Part shown: in pieces, positions 37,000 to 49,112 of the stretch
How the letters are laid out: the number at the start of each line of letters is the position of its first letter
Numbering within the stretch: the first letter of the stretch is position 1
NCBI GenBank assembly: GCA_030390025.1
Contig: JASTWF010000110.1
Coordinates: 372,001 to 436,000, forward strand
Source of the DNA: Squalus acanthias
Taxonomy: Eukaryota
DNA: 64,000 nucleotides
Direction of reading: 5' to 3'
The notes under the pieces: model-generated
What the model was told of the DNA's origin: nothing
The model's database searches: none
Seen by the model: the letters and a program-made list of their open reading frames with translations, nothing else
Translations under genes and position numbers: made by a program

Positions 37000-37570
37000 T
37001 GTCTGCCTCAACCGTCCTTTCATGCAGTGAGTTCCAGACCCCACCACCCTCTGGGTGAAAAAAGTTCTCCCCAACTCCCCTCTAATCCTTCTACCAATTA
37101 CTTTAAATCTGTGCCCCTTGGTTATTGACCTCTCTGCTAAGGGAAATAGGTCCTTCCTATCCACTCTATCTAGGCCCCTCATAATTTTATACACCTCACT
37201 TAAGTCTCCCCTCGGCCTCCTCTGTTCCAAAGAAAACAACCCCAGCCTATCCAATCTTTCCTCATAGCTAAAATTCTCCAGTCCTGGCATCTTTCTTGTA
37301 AATCTCCTCTGCACCCTCTCTAGTGCAATCGCATCTTTCCTGTAATGTGGTGACCAGAACTGCACGCAGTATTCTAGCTGCGGCCTAACTAATGTTTTAT
37401 ACAGTTCAAGCATAACCTCCCTGCGCTTATATTCTATGCCTCGGCTAATAAAGGAAAGTATCCTGTATGTCTTCTTAACCACCTTATCTAACTGTCCTGC
37501 TACCTTCAGGGATCTGTGGACATGCACTCCAAGGTCAATCTCTCCCGCTACACGTCTCAGTATCCTGCCA
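37000..37570 (-). mobile_element. CR1 ORF2 3' fragment
   Basis: RPQLEYCVQFWSPHYRKD...RGDL. Confidence 0.9.
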
Positions 37571-37594
37571 TTGTATACATAATTTTTAAAAGGA

Positions 37595-37863
37595 GGTCCG
37601 CTGATGCAATGTTTTCTGGCAGTTTTAAATTCCATTCACACGGTCATTGCTATTAAACAACAGAAAACCAACCATTGTGTTATACTGTATCATGGCATCC
37701 CTAAGTTGTTTTGGAAATAAGTGATTAGATATTACATTTTAAGCATTTAGGTTGGGATGCGGGGTGGAGGTTTTGGTTGCGATGCGCATTAAGGAACTTT
37801 CTGGCCGATTAATAACGGTGTGGATCGTTTGCACGCCGTTATTTTTTTGGTAGGTTCTGGCCC
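37595..37863. mobile_element. Family X terminal fragment
   Basis: Reverse complement of 47914-48190; ends ttctggccc. Confidence 0.65.
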
Positions 37864-37899
37864 GTTATCCTTTGACTGTTATTGCACATTTTGCTACAT

Positions 37900-38555
37900 C
37901 TAGCCCAAAGCCCCTTTATTTCTCGAATAGAGATCTAATGGAGAGTGCTCCAGATCTCCACGACCCTTTGTGTGGGAAAAGTGCTTCCTGATTTCCCTCC
38001 TGAGTGGCCAAGCTCCAATTTAAAGCTTGTGCCCCCTTGTTCTGGATTTCCCCACCAGAGGAAATTGTTCCTCTCTATCTAATCCCTTTTTTCATTTTAA
38101 AGACCCCAATTAGATCACCTCTCACGTGTAAACTCAAGGGAATACAAATAAAGTTTATGCAACTTTTATGATGACTTTTTGTACCTGTGTCCTAGACTTT
38201 CGTGATTTGTGTACCTGGATACACAAAGCTCTTTTCTTAAGGTAGGGTGTCATTAGAATCATAGAATCATAGAATGGTTACAGCACAGAAGGAGGCCATT
38301 CAGCCCGTTGAGCCCGTGCCGGCTCTCTGCAAGAGCACTTTAGCTAGTCCCAATCCCCCGCCCTTTTCCCATAGCCCTGCAATTTTTTTCACTTCAGCTA
38401 CTTAACCAATTCCCTTTTGAAAGCCATGATTTCCGGCAGTGCATTGCAGATCCTAACCACTCGCTGAGTATAATAGTTTTTCCTCATGTCACCTTTGGTT
38501 CTTTTGCCAATCACTTTAAATCTGTGTCCTCTGGTTCTCAACCCTTCCGCCATTT
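37900..38555 (-). mobile_element. Degraded CR1 3' fragments (two)
   Basis: tagaatcatagaatcatagaat tail and antisense CR1 3' ORF2 sequence. Confidence 0.7.
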
Positions 38556-40621
38556 AACTCAGAAAAGAAAAATCTTGCATTTATATCGGTCCTTTCACAC
38601 CCAAATCCCATTAGTTTGAAATCACAAAATACCTGCAATTTCATCATAGAATAATGAAGTGAGAATTTACATTAATACGTGCCTTTATCTCCTCGGCGTG
38701 TCCCCAAACATTTTCTCTACAGAACAATGACTGCACAGAACAAAGAGAAAGACTGCAGGGAGGACAGCCACAATGCAGACCAAGGCACCACAAGGCTCAG
38801 AAGGCTGTCCAAGGCTGGGGTGGGGGGGGGGCGCAATAGAAATGTGGTAGTAACAGGGGACTCTATAATTAGGGGGATAGATAACATCCTCTGCAGCCAT
38901 GAACGAGAATCCCGAAGGGTGTGTTGCCTACCTGGTGCTAGGGTAAGGGATATCTCACGGCGGCTGAAGAGGAACTTGGAAAGGGAGGGGGTAAATCCAG
39001 TTGTCGTGGTCCATGTTGGAACAAACGATATAAGTAGGAACAGGGAGGATGTCCTGCTGAAAGAGTATCAGGAGCTAGGATCTAAATTAAAGAGCAGGAC
39101 CTCGAGGGTAATAATATTACCTGAGCCACGTGCAAATTGGTATACAAGCAGACAGATCAGGAAAATTAACACGTGGCTAAAGGGCTGGTGTGGGAAAGAG
39201 GGGTTATTTTTCATGGGACACTGGCACCAGTTCTGGGAGAGGAAGGAGCTGTACCGATAGGGTCCACCTGAACCGGGATAGGACCCGTGTCCTAGCGGAA
39301 AGGGTAAATAGAGAGATGGAAAAGGTTTAAGCTGCTAAGATGGGGGGAGGGATCTATAAGAAATGTAACCAGCCTAAATATAAACAAAACAAGAAAAGAG
39401 AGCATAGGAAAGAATAAAGTAAGGGAGAACATTGATGGCAAGGGAATAGATAGAGTTCTTAAACAGGAGTCTAAAAAGGTGGTTAAACATAAAGTGAGAG
39501 GAAATCCTATTAAAAATGAGTTAAACTGTTTGTACAGCAATGCACACAGTGTCCGTAATAATACAGGGGAGCTGGAGGCAATCATGCATTGCGAGGAACC
39601 AGACATAGTAGGGATTACTGAGACATGGCTACAGAAAAATCAGGACTGGGAATTAAACATTGCAGGGTATAACATATTTAGAAAAGATAGAGAGGGAAAA
39701 GGGGAAGGTGGAGTAGCTGTACTTACTAGAGATAACATGATGGCAGTAGAAAAAAGGGATGCAGAGTTCAGTAAGACAAAAATAGAATCCATATGGATAG
39801 AGATAAAAGATAATAAAGGATCAATCACACTAATAGGTGTAGTCTACAGACCACCTAATAGTGGAAGGGAGGTGGAGGAAGAAATATGCAGATAAATTAG
39901 GGAAATTAATAAAAAACATAGAATAATAATCATGGGGGATTTCAACTACCCCGATATTAATTCGACAGAAGAGGTAGGTAAAGAGGATAAGGGAATGGAG
40001 TTCCTACAATGTCTACAGGACTCCTTGCTAACCCAATATGTAAAAAGCCCAACAAGGGAGGATTCGCTATTGGTTCTAGTAATGGGGAATGAACCAGAGC
40101 AGATAAGAGAAGTAAAAGTAGGGGAACATATAGGCAATAGTGACCGTAATATAATACGCTTTAAGATGATAATTGAGAAGGACATAAGTATGACAAAACC
40201 AGGGTAATAGATTGGAGAAAAGCTGATTTTGAGGGGCTGAGAATAGAACTTCGGGAAAAAATGGGCAACAATATTAGCAAACAACAATGTAGAACAGCAA
40301 TGGGAAACATTTAAAGCGGTGTTCAACAGAGTGCAGGAAAAATATATTCGGCTAAAAGGAAAAAACAAACTAAACAATAATGAGACTCCATGGATGAATA
40401 AAGCCATAATTGAACAATTGAGAGTAAGGAAAGAGGCATAGATTAAGTACATAGACAGCAGGGGAGTGCAAGATAAGTGAGAATACAAAAAGATTAGGAG
40501 AGAAGTAAAGAAAAAAACAATTTGGGAGGCAAAGAGGAATTATGAAATTAAATTATCAAGGAACATAAAACAAAATAGTAAAATATTTTATCGGCACATC
40601 AATAAAAAAAGGAAGGTTGGG

Positions 40622-40712
40622 ATGGGAATAGGGCCATTAAGGGATAGGAATAGGGCCATTAAGGGATAGGAATAGGGTCATTAAGGGATAGGAATAGGGC
40701 CATTAAGGAATA
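40622..40712. repeat. 22-bp tandem repeat x4 inside CR1
   Basis: ggaatagggccattaagggata. Confidence 0.9.
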
Positions 40713-40758
40713 GATAGGATAATAGCACAGGTAACGATAGAGAGATGTCAGAAATATT

Positions 40759-41440
40759 GGGCCAGAAATTCGGCTGTTGTCGGGTGAGTACGCGCCGTGT
40801 ACTCACCCGTAAGGCCACCTGAAGTGCCGGTTTCCTGCATGCACTGCGCATGTATGGGAAACCGGAACTTCCGTTCCCCTGAAGGGAGGGGTTCAGAAGT
40901 CGAATGCGTGCACGGGAGAGGCTGCGCGCACGCAGCGAACTTCAGGTTTTTTTTCAGGTTTCTCCGGGAAGGTAAGTATGAAGAAGCTGCGCTTTTAAAA
41001 AGGAGGTGCAAGGCCTGTTTTTAACAAGGTAAGTGGTTAATTAATTACAATTTAAACATTTTTTCAACAGGTTTATCTTTTTTAGATACTTTAAAGAAAG
41101 GTAAGTTTATTTTTAGCAGCGTTAAAAAGTATAATTCATTTTTGTTTAAAATAGTTAATTTATTTAACTTATAGTTATTTAAAAAATGTGATTAAAAAAT
41201 TTTTTTATTTGAAGTTTAAGAAAATGCCCTGCTAGGATTGGCTCTCCATGGCCCACGTGATCCCAGGGGACACTTCGAACTAACTGCGCCCCTGGGATAC
41301 ACAAGCTCTGTACACCGGCAGCTGCAGTAGGCCCAGGACCCAAAGTCCTCGTGGGCCCAAAGCACAACTGCAGGCGCGGTAGGCAAGTACACGGGCAATG
41401 CTTGCACCCGCAGGAAGCCGGAAAGCCGAATTTCTGGCCC
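40759..41440 (+). mobile_element. Harbinger-type MITE (family A)
   Basis: TIRs gggccagaaattcggc / gccgaatttctggccc; flanks ATT/ATA. Confidence 0.88.
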
Positions 41441-43239
41441 ATAATAATTATTTTGATTCAGTATTTACCAGGGAGATAGAACAGGTGGATATGACATTGG
41501 ATGATGAGATTAGTAATGAGATAAGTGCATTTAAAATAAAAAAGGGGCTATATTAAATAAACTAATCAAACTTAAAAGAGGATATAACCCCTGGTCCGGA
41601 AGGACTGCATCCACGCATTTTAAAAGAATCTAGGGAAGAGATAGCAGAGGCATTACTACAGATATTTAATAATTCATTAGAAAAAGGTGCAGTGGCATTG
41701 GACTGGCGGATAGCTAACGTAATACTGATATTTAAGAAGGGCGATAGAACATGTCCAGGGAATTATAGACCAGTCAGCTTAATATCGGTGGTAGGAAAAA
41801 TAATGGAATCCCTACTAAAGGAGAAAATAGAAGAACATCTAGAAACCAAAAATATAATAAACAATAGTCAGCATGGATTTCAACAGGGAAAGTCTTGCTT
41901 GACCAACCTTATTGAATTTTTTGAAGAGGTAACAGAGAGAGTAGACAATGGTAATGCAGTAGATGTAATTTATCTAGATTTTCAAAAGGCCTTCGATAAG
42001 GTACCCCATAATAGACTGATGAACAATGTCAGAGAATGAGGAGTCAGGGCACATGTAGCAGAATGGATTGCTCGCTGGCATCACGACAGAAAGCATAGAG
42101 TAGGAGTAAAAGGTAGCTATATGCAGTGGCAGAAGGTGGGTAGTGGTGTTCCACAAGGATCAGTGCTGGGACCACTGCTGTTCACAATTAACATTCACGA
42201 TTTAAACTTTGGAATCAAAAACACAATTTCTAAATTTGCGGATGACACCAAATTGGCGGGGGGGGGGGGATAGTCAATACTGAGGAGGACTGCAACAAAT
42301 TACAGGAGGACATTAATAAACTTGCAGAATGGGCATAAATTGGCAAATGAATTTCAACACAGATAAATGTGAGGTATTACATTTTGGTAGGAAGAATAGG
42401 GAGGTCACCTATCACTTGCAGGGTGCGAGTGTATGTGGGGTAGAGGAACAAAGAGATCTCGGAGTACAAATACACAAATCACTAAAAGTAGCGACACAGG
42501 TTAGCAAGGCCATAAAAAAGCAAACCAAGCACTAGGGTTTATTTCCAGAGGTATAGAATTGAAAAGTAGGGAAGTTATGCTAAACCTGTATCAAACCTTG
42601 ATTAGACCACACTTGGAGTACTGCGTACAGTTTGGTCGTCATATTATAAAAAGGATATAGAGGCACTGGAGAGGCTGCAGGGAAGTTTTACAAGGATGAT
42701 ACCAGAAATGCGAGGGTATACATATCAGGAAAGGATGAGCAGGCTGGGTCTCTTTTCTCTTGAAAAAAGGCGGAGGGGTGACCTAATAGAGGTCTTTAAA
42801 ATTATGAAAGGTTTTGATAGAGTGGATACAGAGAGAATGTTTCTACTTGTGGGGAAGAGAATAACTAAATGCCATCAATATAAGATATTCACCAAGAAAT
42901 CCAATAAGGAATTCAGAAGAAACTTCTTTACCCAAAGAGTGACGAGAATGTGGAACTCGCTACTTCAGGGAGTGGTTGAACAAATAGTATAGATGCATTT
43001 AAGGGGAGGCTGGACAAACATATGCGGGAGAAGGGAATAGAGGGTTATGCTGATAGATTTAGATGAGGAAAGACGGGAGGAGGCTCGTGTGGAGCATAAA
43101 TGCCAGCATGGACTGGTTGGGCCGAATGGCCTGTTTCTGTGCCGTATATCCTATGTAATCCTATGTAATCCTATGTACACTTCAAAAATAGTAACTGCAG
43201 CAAACACCACAACCAATTTGGCCACAAACTGCAAACTAA

Positions 43240-43752
43240 AAAAAGACTTGCATTTATACAGCGCTTTTCACAACCTCAGGATGTCCAAAGCACTTTACAG
43301 CCAATGAAGTAATTTTTGAAGTGTAGGCACTGTTGTAATCTAGGAAAGGCAGCAGCAATTTCGCACACAGCAAGCTCCCACAAACAGTAATGTGATAATG
43401 GCCAGATAATCTGTTTTTAGTGAAGTTGGTTGAGGGATAACATTGGCCAGGACACCGGGGAGAACTCCCCTGCTCTTCTTCAAAATTGTGCCGTGGGATC
43501 TCTTACATCCACCAGAGAGAGCAGACGGTTTAACGTTTCATCCAAAAGACGGCACCTCTGACAATGCAGCGCTCCCTCAGCACTGCACTGGAGTGTCAGC
43601 CTGGATTTTGTGCTCAAGTCTCTGGAGTGGGATTGTGAACCTTCTGACTCGGAAGCGAGTCATAGAGTCATACGGCACAGAAGGAGGTCAATCAGCCCAT
43701 CGAGTCTGTGCCGGATTCGATGGTGCTACCAACTGAGCCACGGCTGACACCT
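43240..43752 (-). mobile_element. Deu-domain SINE, full length
   Basis: Reverse complement of 45762-46236; ends aactgagccacggctgacac. Confidence 0.82.
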
Positions 43753-43885
43753 GAAATGAGATAAGTGACCATCTAGCCTGTTCTGGAGGCTTTGGTTGAA
43801 GGATGAATTCTGGCTAGTTCACTGGAGAATGCTCGGCCTTATCTTTGAGTAGTTCCTCGGGATCTTTTAACTTCACTTGAAGAGG

Positions 43886-44228
43886 TAGAGGAAGACTCCA
43901 CAGTATAGAAGAAGACCCCACAGTGTGGAGGACGACCCCACAGTGTGGAGGAAGACCCCACAGTGTGGAGGAAGACCCCACAGTGTGGAGGAAGACCCCA
44001 CAGTGTGGAGGAAGACCCCACAGTGTAGAGGAAGACCCCACAGTGTAGAGGAAGACCCCACAGTGTAGAGGAAAACTCCACAGTGTAGTGGAAGACCCCA
44101 CAGTGTAGAGGAAGACCCCACAGTGTAGAGGAAGTCCCCACAGTGTAGAGGAAAACTCCACAGTGTAGTGGAAGACCCCACAGTGTAGAGGAAGCCGCCA
44201 CAGTGTAGAGGAAGACTCCACAGTGTAG
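43886..44228. repeat. 20-bp minisatellite, about 17 copies, inside a degraded Deu-SINE (43760-44305, minus)
   Basis: Unit gaagaccccacagtgt(a/g)gag; flanks continue as SINE (gggatctttta... / cagtgtagcactccctcagtactg). Confidence 0.93.
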
Positions 44229-44703
44229 CACTCCCTCAGTACTGAATTATCAGCCCAGATGATGTGCTCAAATCCTGGGTGAACCCACAATCTTCTGACT
44301 CAAAAATACCTGTTCCAACTGATGCAAGTTAACACAGTTATACATTTTAACACAGCACAGCCCAGAACATCTGACACATTAGTAATGAAATAACAATTGA
44401 ATAAAGACTTGTGAGAGATCAATGAATTGATTACTCAGTCCCAGCTACAGTTAGAGGTTCAGGTAACTCACAGTGTGGGACAGTAACTGGAGGGCAGATG
44501 GTGAGCGGGAATCTACCTGTTCACAGGAGCCCGACTGAATGAGACTGAAGATCTCCGGGAATGAGCTGAGCTTCATTCACTTTAGATCAGTGAGTGATTG
44601 AACCCCAGCCCCGATTAAACACAGTCAGCAGAAGTCACACAGAGTCAGGGGGAACTCAGAAATAGAATTACATTTATACTGGAAGTGAAAGAAAACAACT
44701 TAC

Positions 44704-44776
44704 CGGAGAGGGAGATAAAATAACTGATGAGAGGGAAAATGTTGGCGAATTGAAACAGATTTATTTCCCTGCCCAT
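44704..44776 (-). CDS. Exon 1 (signal peptide) of a single-V-domain Ig-superfamily receptor
   Basis: ATG at 44776; 73 nt = MGREINLFQFANIFPLISYFISLS + 1 nt, followed by perfect donor gtaagt (44703-44698). Phase 1 joins in frame to the V exon (...ISLS-A-SGSNVT...). Confidence 0.7.
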
Positions 44777-45761
44777 AGTGAGCTCCGGGTCACCCTCCGC
44801 CCCGATATCACAGTAACGGGACACCGATTGAGACGAAGGAACAGTTTCTCGTGTGATGCAGGGTCTGTGTTCACAGCAGGAAGTGACCAGAACAAAGTCA
44901 CTGCATCCTGACAGACATGTAAGATTAAACGAAATAGCATCAGTTCAGCGGGAGCCCCGGCCAGTAAACACACATTGCGCCCGGTGGATGTGACACATAC
45001 AACAACAACTTGCAACCATATAGCGCCTTCAACAGAGTGAGACGCCGCAAGGCGCTTGAGTGACACAATTGCTCATTGAGAAGGGGTTCTGGGCGCAGCC
45101 TGGTGTTTGTGCAGGTTCAGCCCCCTCTCTCAACCTCAGCTCCGGCTCAGGCCCTGTTCGTGTTACCCTGTAAACGAGGTGCTCTTCCTTGCTCCCTCCC
45201 ACGGCCACCGGCTCAGGACTCATCCTCGCAGCCTCTTGTGGTATCTAGACTCGTGTGGCGGTGCAATTGTTACGCTGCAGACTTGTGCAGAGCAAGCCCT
45301 CGGGAAAAAAAGCTGCATTTTGTCTGCCCGTATGACTTCAAATATTTTGTGACTAATTTCCGGCTGCCACTTGCTGCATGCAGCAAAGTGACTCCAGTTT
45401 CCAGACAGGACAGCTGATAGGGAAAGGACGGGGTAAGTAATGAAAGATTTGCCACCGCTAATGCAGTTGGATGTAGTGCCATGGGATCCTTTACGACCAC
45501 CTGAGAGGGCAGATTGCCTCCGCATAACGTCTCATCCCGAAAGACAGCACCTCCGACAGTGCAGCGCTCCCTCAGTACCGCACTGAATTGCAGCCTCGCT
45601 AAGGGGCCAAGTTTCTGCTTGTTTCAGGCTAGTAATGTCAGCTCAGTCTGGGCGGAATTGGCAGAATCGGCACAAAAGAGCAGGGAATTTTAAACGTAAG
45701 TGAGTCGCGCTCAAAAGCACTCGCGCTCGAGTTTTCTGCGATCTTTTACGCTGATTTCTAG

Positions 45762-46236
45762 TGTCAGCTGTTGCTCAGTTTGTAGTGCACTCGCCTCTGA
45801 GTCAGAAGGTTGTGGGTTCAAGTCCCACTCCAGAGACTTGAGCACAAAAAGCAAGCTAGTCTGCCACTCCCAGTGCAGTGCTGAGGGAGCGCTGCACTGT
45901 CTGAGGTGCCGTCTTTCGGATGAGACGTTAAGCCGAGACCCCGTCTGCTCTCCCAGGTGGACGTAAAAGATCCCATGGCACTATTTCGAAGACGAGCAGG
46001 GGAGTTATCCCCGGTGTTCTGGTCAATATTTCTCCCTCAATCAATATAACAAAAACAAATTATCTGGTTATTTTCACATTGCTGTTAGTGGGAGCTTGCT
46101 GTGCGCAAATTGGCTGCTGCGTTTCCCACATGACAACAGTGACTCCACTCCAAAAAGTACTTCATTGGCTGTAAAGAGCTTTGAGACGTCCAGTGGTCGT
46201 GAAAGGCGCTATATAAATGCAAGTCTTTCTTTCTTT
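45762..46236 (+). mobile_element. Deu-domain SINE, full length
   Basis: Same structure as 3074-3543 with better B-box gggttcaagtccc. Confidence 0.85.
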
Positions 46237-46440
46237 CAATTTAAGATTCCATTTGCCCTGACCAGACCCAGCCCATAAACTGGCCGTGACCTCCCGCCCC
46301 CCCACCCGACCCCAGATCAACATTGTGAGATTCTGTCGCTTGCGCTGGTTCGGGAAGGCTCTTCAAATTGTGTTCATTTTCTTCGTTGCACAGGCTATAG
46401 TAGGCAAGTTTGAAAAGTTTTTTTCATATCCAAAAATATT

Positions 46441-47118
46441 GGACCTGAGTTTGTGGTCGGAGGCTTCCTGCAGGCAGATGCCTCCGACCAGCAATATTTC
46501 TATGAACTTGGCTTCTGCCTCGGGACCCACGGAGATTCGCGCTCCTGGGCCTCTCCGGGTACCCGTGGGAAGAGGTCCACATATCCCAGGGATACAGGCG
46601 GTTCACAAGTGCCCCTGGGATCATGTGGGCCGGCCCAACCAATAAAAGAAGTATGAATGAGAATACCCGAAAAAATACCTCAAGTAAATTTAAAAAATCA
46701 CATATTTAAAATTAATTAAAATGGTATTTAATTAAATAAATGTACATGTTTTAAAGGGGCTAACAACAAACTTACCTTATTTCACAGGTTTTTAAAGGCA
46801 TAAATTATTGAAAACATTTTATTTTTCTGTTTTTTAAAACTCTTACGCTGGTAAAAACAGGCCTTACGCTGATGCTTTTACCAGGCGTAAGAATTTCATG
46901 GGCATTCGCTGGGCAGAAGCTGGGCAAATAGCCCAACTCTCCGCCCGCAGAGGCCCTTCTTCCCGGGGATGTGGAGGATTGGTCAGGAAGATTCTTGAAA
47001 GATCGCAAGTTACGGGTTTTAGCGCATGCACTTTGTGTGCCTAAACCCGGAACTTGCGAGGCCCGTACGGGCGCGTCCGCGCCTCGTACACACCCAGAGG
47101 GGGCGGAAAATCCAGGCC
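46441..47118 (-). mobile_element. Harbinger-type MITE related to family A, about 1.7 kb upstream of the receptor ATG
   Basis: Ends ggacctgagttt / aaaatccaggcc; TSD ATT; shares cccctgggatca.gtgggcc...ccaat and the AT-rich core with 63002-63763. Confidence 0.72.
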
Positions 47119-47913
47119 ATTTAATATTCTAGGAAACTGACTACTGTGTACCAATGAAACTATTAAATAGTTCAGTGTAGTTTTTTTTCATGGTATTTTC
47201 AGTGATTTTAAATCAGGTTACTCACACGTGAAGGACTTATTAAAAATGCTTATTTTTTGATGATAAACCCATTTCCAGCCGTATTAATAAAACTGCACCA
47301 GGTTACCATTCTTAAATACATCGAGGAATACCTTTTAACAGAAAGAGAAAAAAGAAACAATTACATTCTATTGTGCTGCACCATTGAACATTTTATGTTT
47401 GTGAATATGCAAATGATATTAGCCGAAAGTTGAACTGGAATCTAACCAGCGCAATTGCTCCTGAAAATGAAACTCTACCCCATAGTTTCCAAGTCCCTGG
47501 AGCGGGACTTGAACCCACAACCTTCTGACTCAGGAGAGAGTGCTACCCACTGAGCCAAGGTTGACTGTGCACAAACTACATTACAACAGTGACTACACTT
47601 CAAAAATCCTTCATTCATTGGAAAGCACTTTGGAACGTCCTGAGGTCATGAAAGGCAAGTTCTTTCTTTTAGTGCGGGACCCGATCTCTGGCCATTTCCC
47701 AGGTTTGTTTTGTGCGTTTAGTAAGATGTGTCACCATATGAAAGGCACCGATCTCTCGGGGTAAAATAGCCACGACGGTAGTTTGGAAACACAAGTGGTT
47801 GTGTCACTGGGCAAAACAATTCAACTTTCAGAGAATAAAAGGTGTTTTTGATGTAATAGATCAGTAGATGGGGGTAGATGCAGCAAAACGTGCAGTAAAA
47901 GTCAAAGGATAAT

Positions 47914-48995
47914 GGGCCAGAACTTGCTGAAAAAATAATGGTGTATAAATAAAACACACCGTTATTAACGGGCTAATCGGCCAGCAAGTTCCTTAATCAG
48001 CTTCGCAACCAAAACCTCCACCCTACATCCCAGCCTAAATGCTTAATGTGTAAGATCTGATCACTTATTTTCAAAACCATTTAGCGCTGTCATGGTACAG
48101 TATAACACAGCGGCTGGTTTTCTGCTCTTTAATAGCAATGACTGTGTGAACGGAATTTAAAACTGCCAGAAAACATTCCGTCAGTGGAAGTCCTCCTCTT
48201 TAAAATTATGAAGGGATTCAATAGGGTGGACATGGAGAAAATGTTCCCACTTGTGGGTAGCTCCAAAATCTATAAGACAGCCACTAACAGATCAAATAAA
48301 GAACTTAGCGGTCATTTCTTTACACAGAGAGTGACAAGATTGTGGAACTCGCTGTCACATGGAGAGGTTGAAGCAGACAGCATTGACACATTTAAAAGGA
48401 GGTTTGATGCTCATACTAACAGCATCTCGCCCTTAGCCTCCCCGTTATTTTTAAGAACTTGCTGGATTTGCGCATTAAATGCTCGTTAAACTGGCCACTC
48501 AAAGTTAAGTCTAGTAATCAATAGTGTAAGTATGCTTTCAGCGACATGATAATTGTTAATGATTGTCAATCAACCTCTCTGGCCCAGAAATTGAACAATT
48601 TAAACGGTGAAGTCTCATTCTGTTAAGTAGTGAATTGTTGGAGATATTAAAATTGTCAAATTTTCAATTTTCAATTGTTTTCTCACTTTACCTTTCTGTC
48701 TCTTTTTTCTCTCTCTTTTATTCCAATCTTTCCCTCGCTTTATTTCTCTTTCTGTACCGGATTTGACTTTAATTCACCCTCCTTCTCCGTCATTCCTCTG
48801 TTTCTTTCTCAATCCTTAAGTCTCATTGCTTAAGGAGATAGACTGTTGGTCCCATCGTTCTCTCAGGTCCCAGGTGTCTCTTTGCCCTCGCTGCGCCCTT
48901 ATCAGCTCGCACTTCCAGCAAGTTACACCACAAAAACATTTTGAGCTGAAGGGTGTAGGAAAAAGTCTAACTAACAGCGCACACCAAGAGATGCA
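47914..48995. mobile_element. Family X non-autonomous DNA transposon with a CR1 fragment (48195-48412) inside
   Basis: Starts gggccagaacttgctgaaaaaataatgg; the same family X/CR1 junction recurs at 54255-54420. Confidence 0.7.
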
Positions 48996-49013
48996 CATTA
49001 TTTGATATTTAAC

Positions 49014-49112
49014 ACTTGCCAGGGAGGGATGTAAATAACTGCTGAAAGGGGAAATGTTGGTGAATTTAAAGGGGAGGTTTATTTCTCTAATGTAGCTCAG
49101 TAACTCAGACAT
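49014..49112 (-). pseudogene. Third, degenerate copy of the leader exon
   Basis: Aligns with 44698-44780 (REINLPFKFTNISPFSSYL versus REINLFQFANIFPLISYF); donor changed to gcaagt, phase shifted, homologous ATG lost. Confidence 0.6.

Larger units (their letters stand above)
38730..43175 (+). mobile_element. Second, older near full-length CR1 family (ORF1 esterase, ORF2), many stops
   Basis: VVVTGDSIIRG, VHVGTND; GITETWL, MGDFN; YLDFQKAFDKV; tail atcctatgta repeats. Confidence 0.92.

Noticed and set aside
44679-44703. gtaagt...ttttctttcacttccag mini-intron after exon 1
   Set aside because: Only about 25 nt, too short for a spliceosomal intron.
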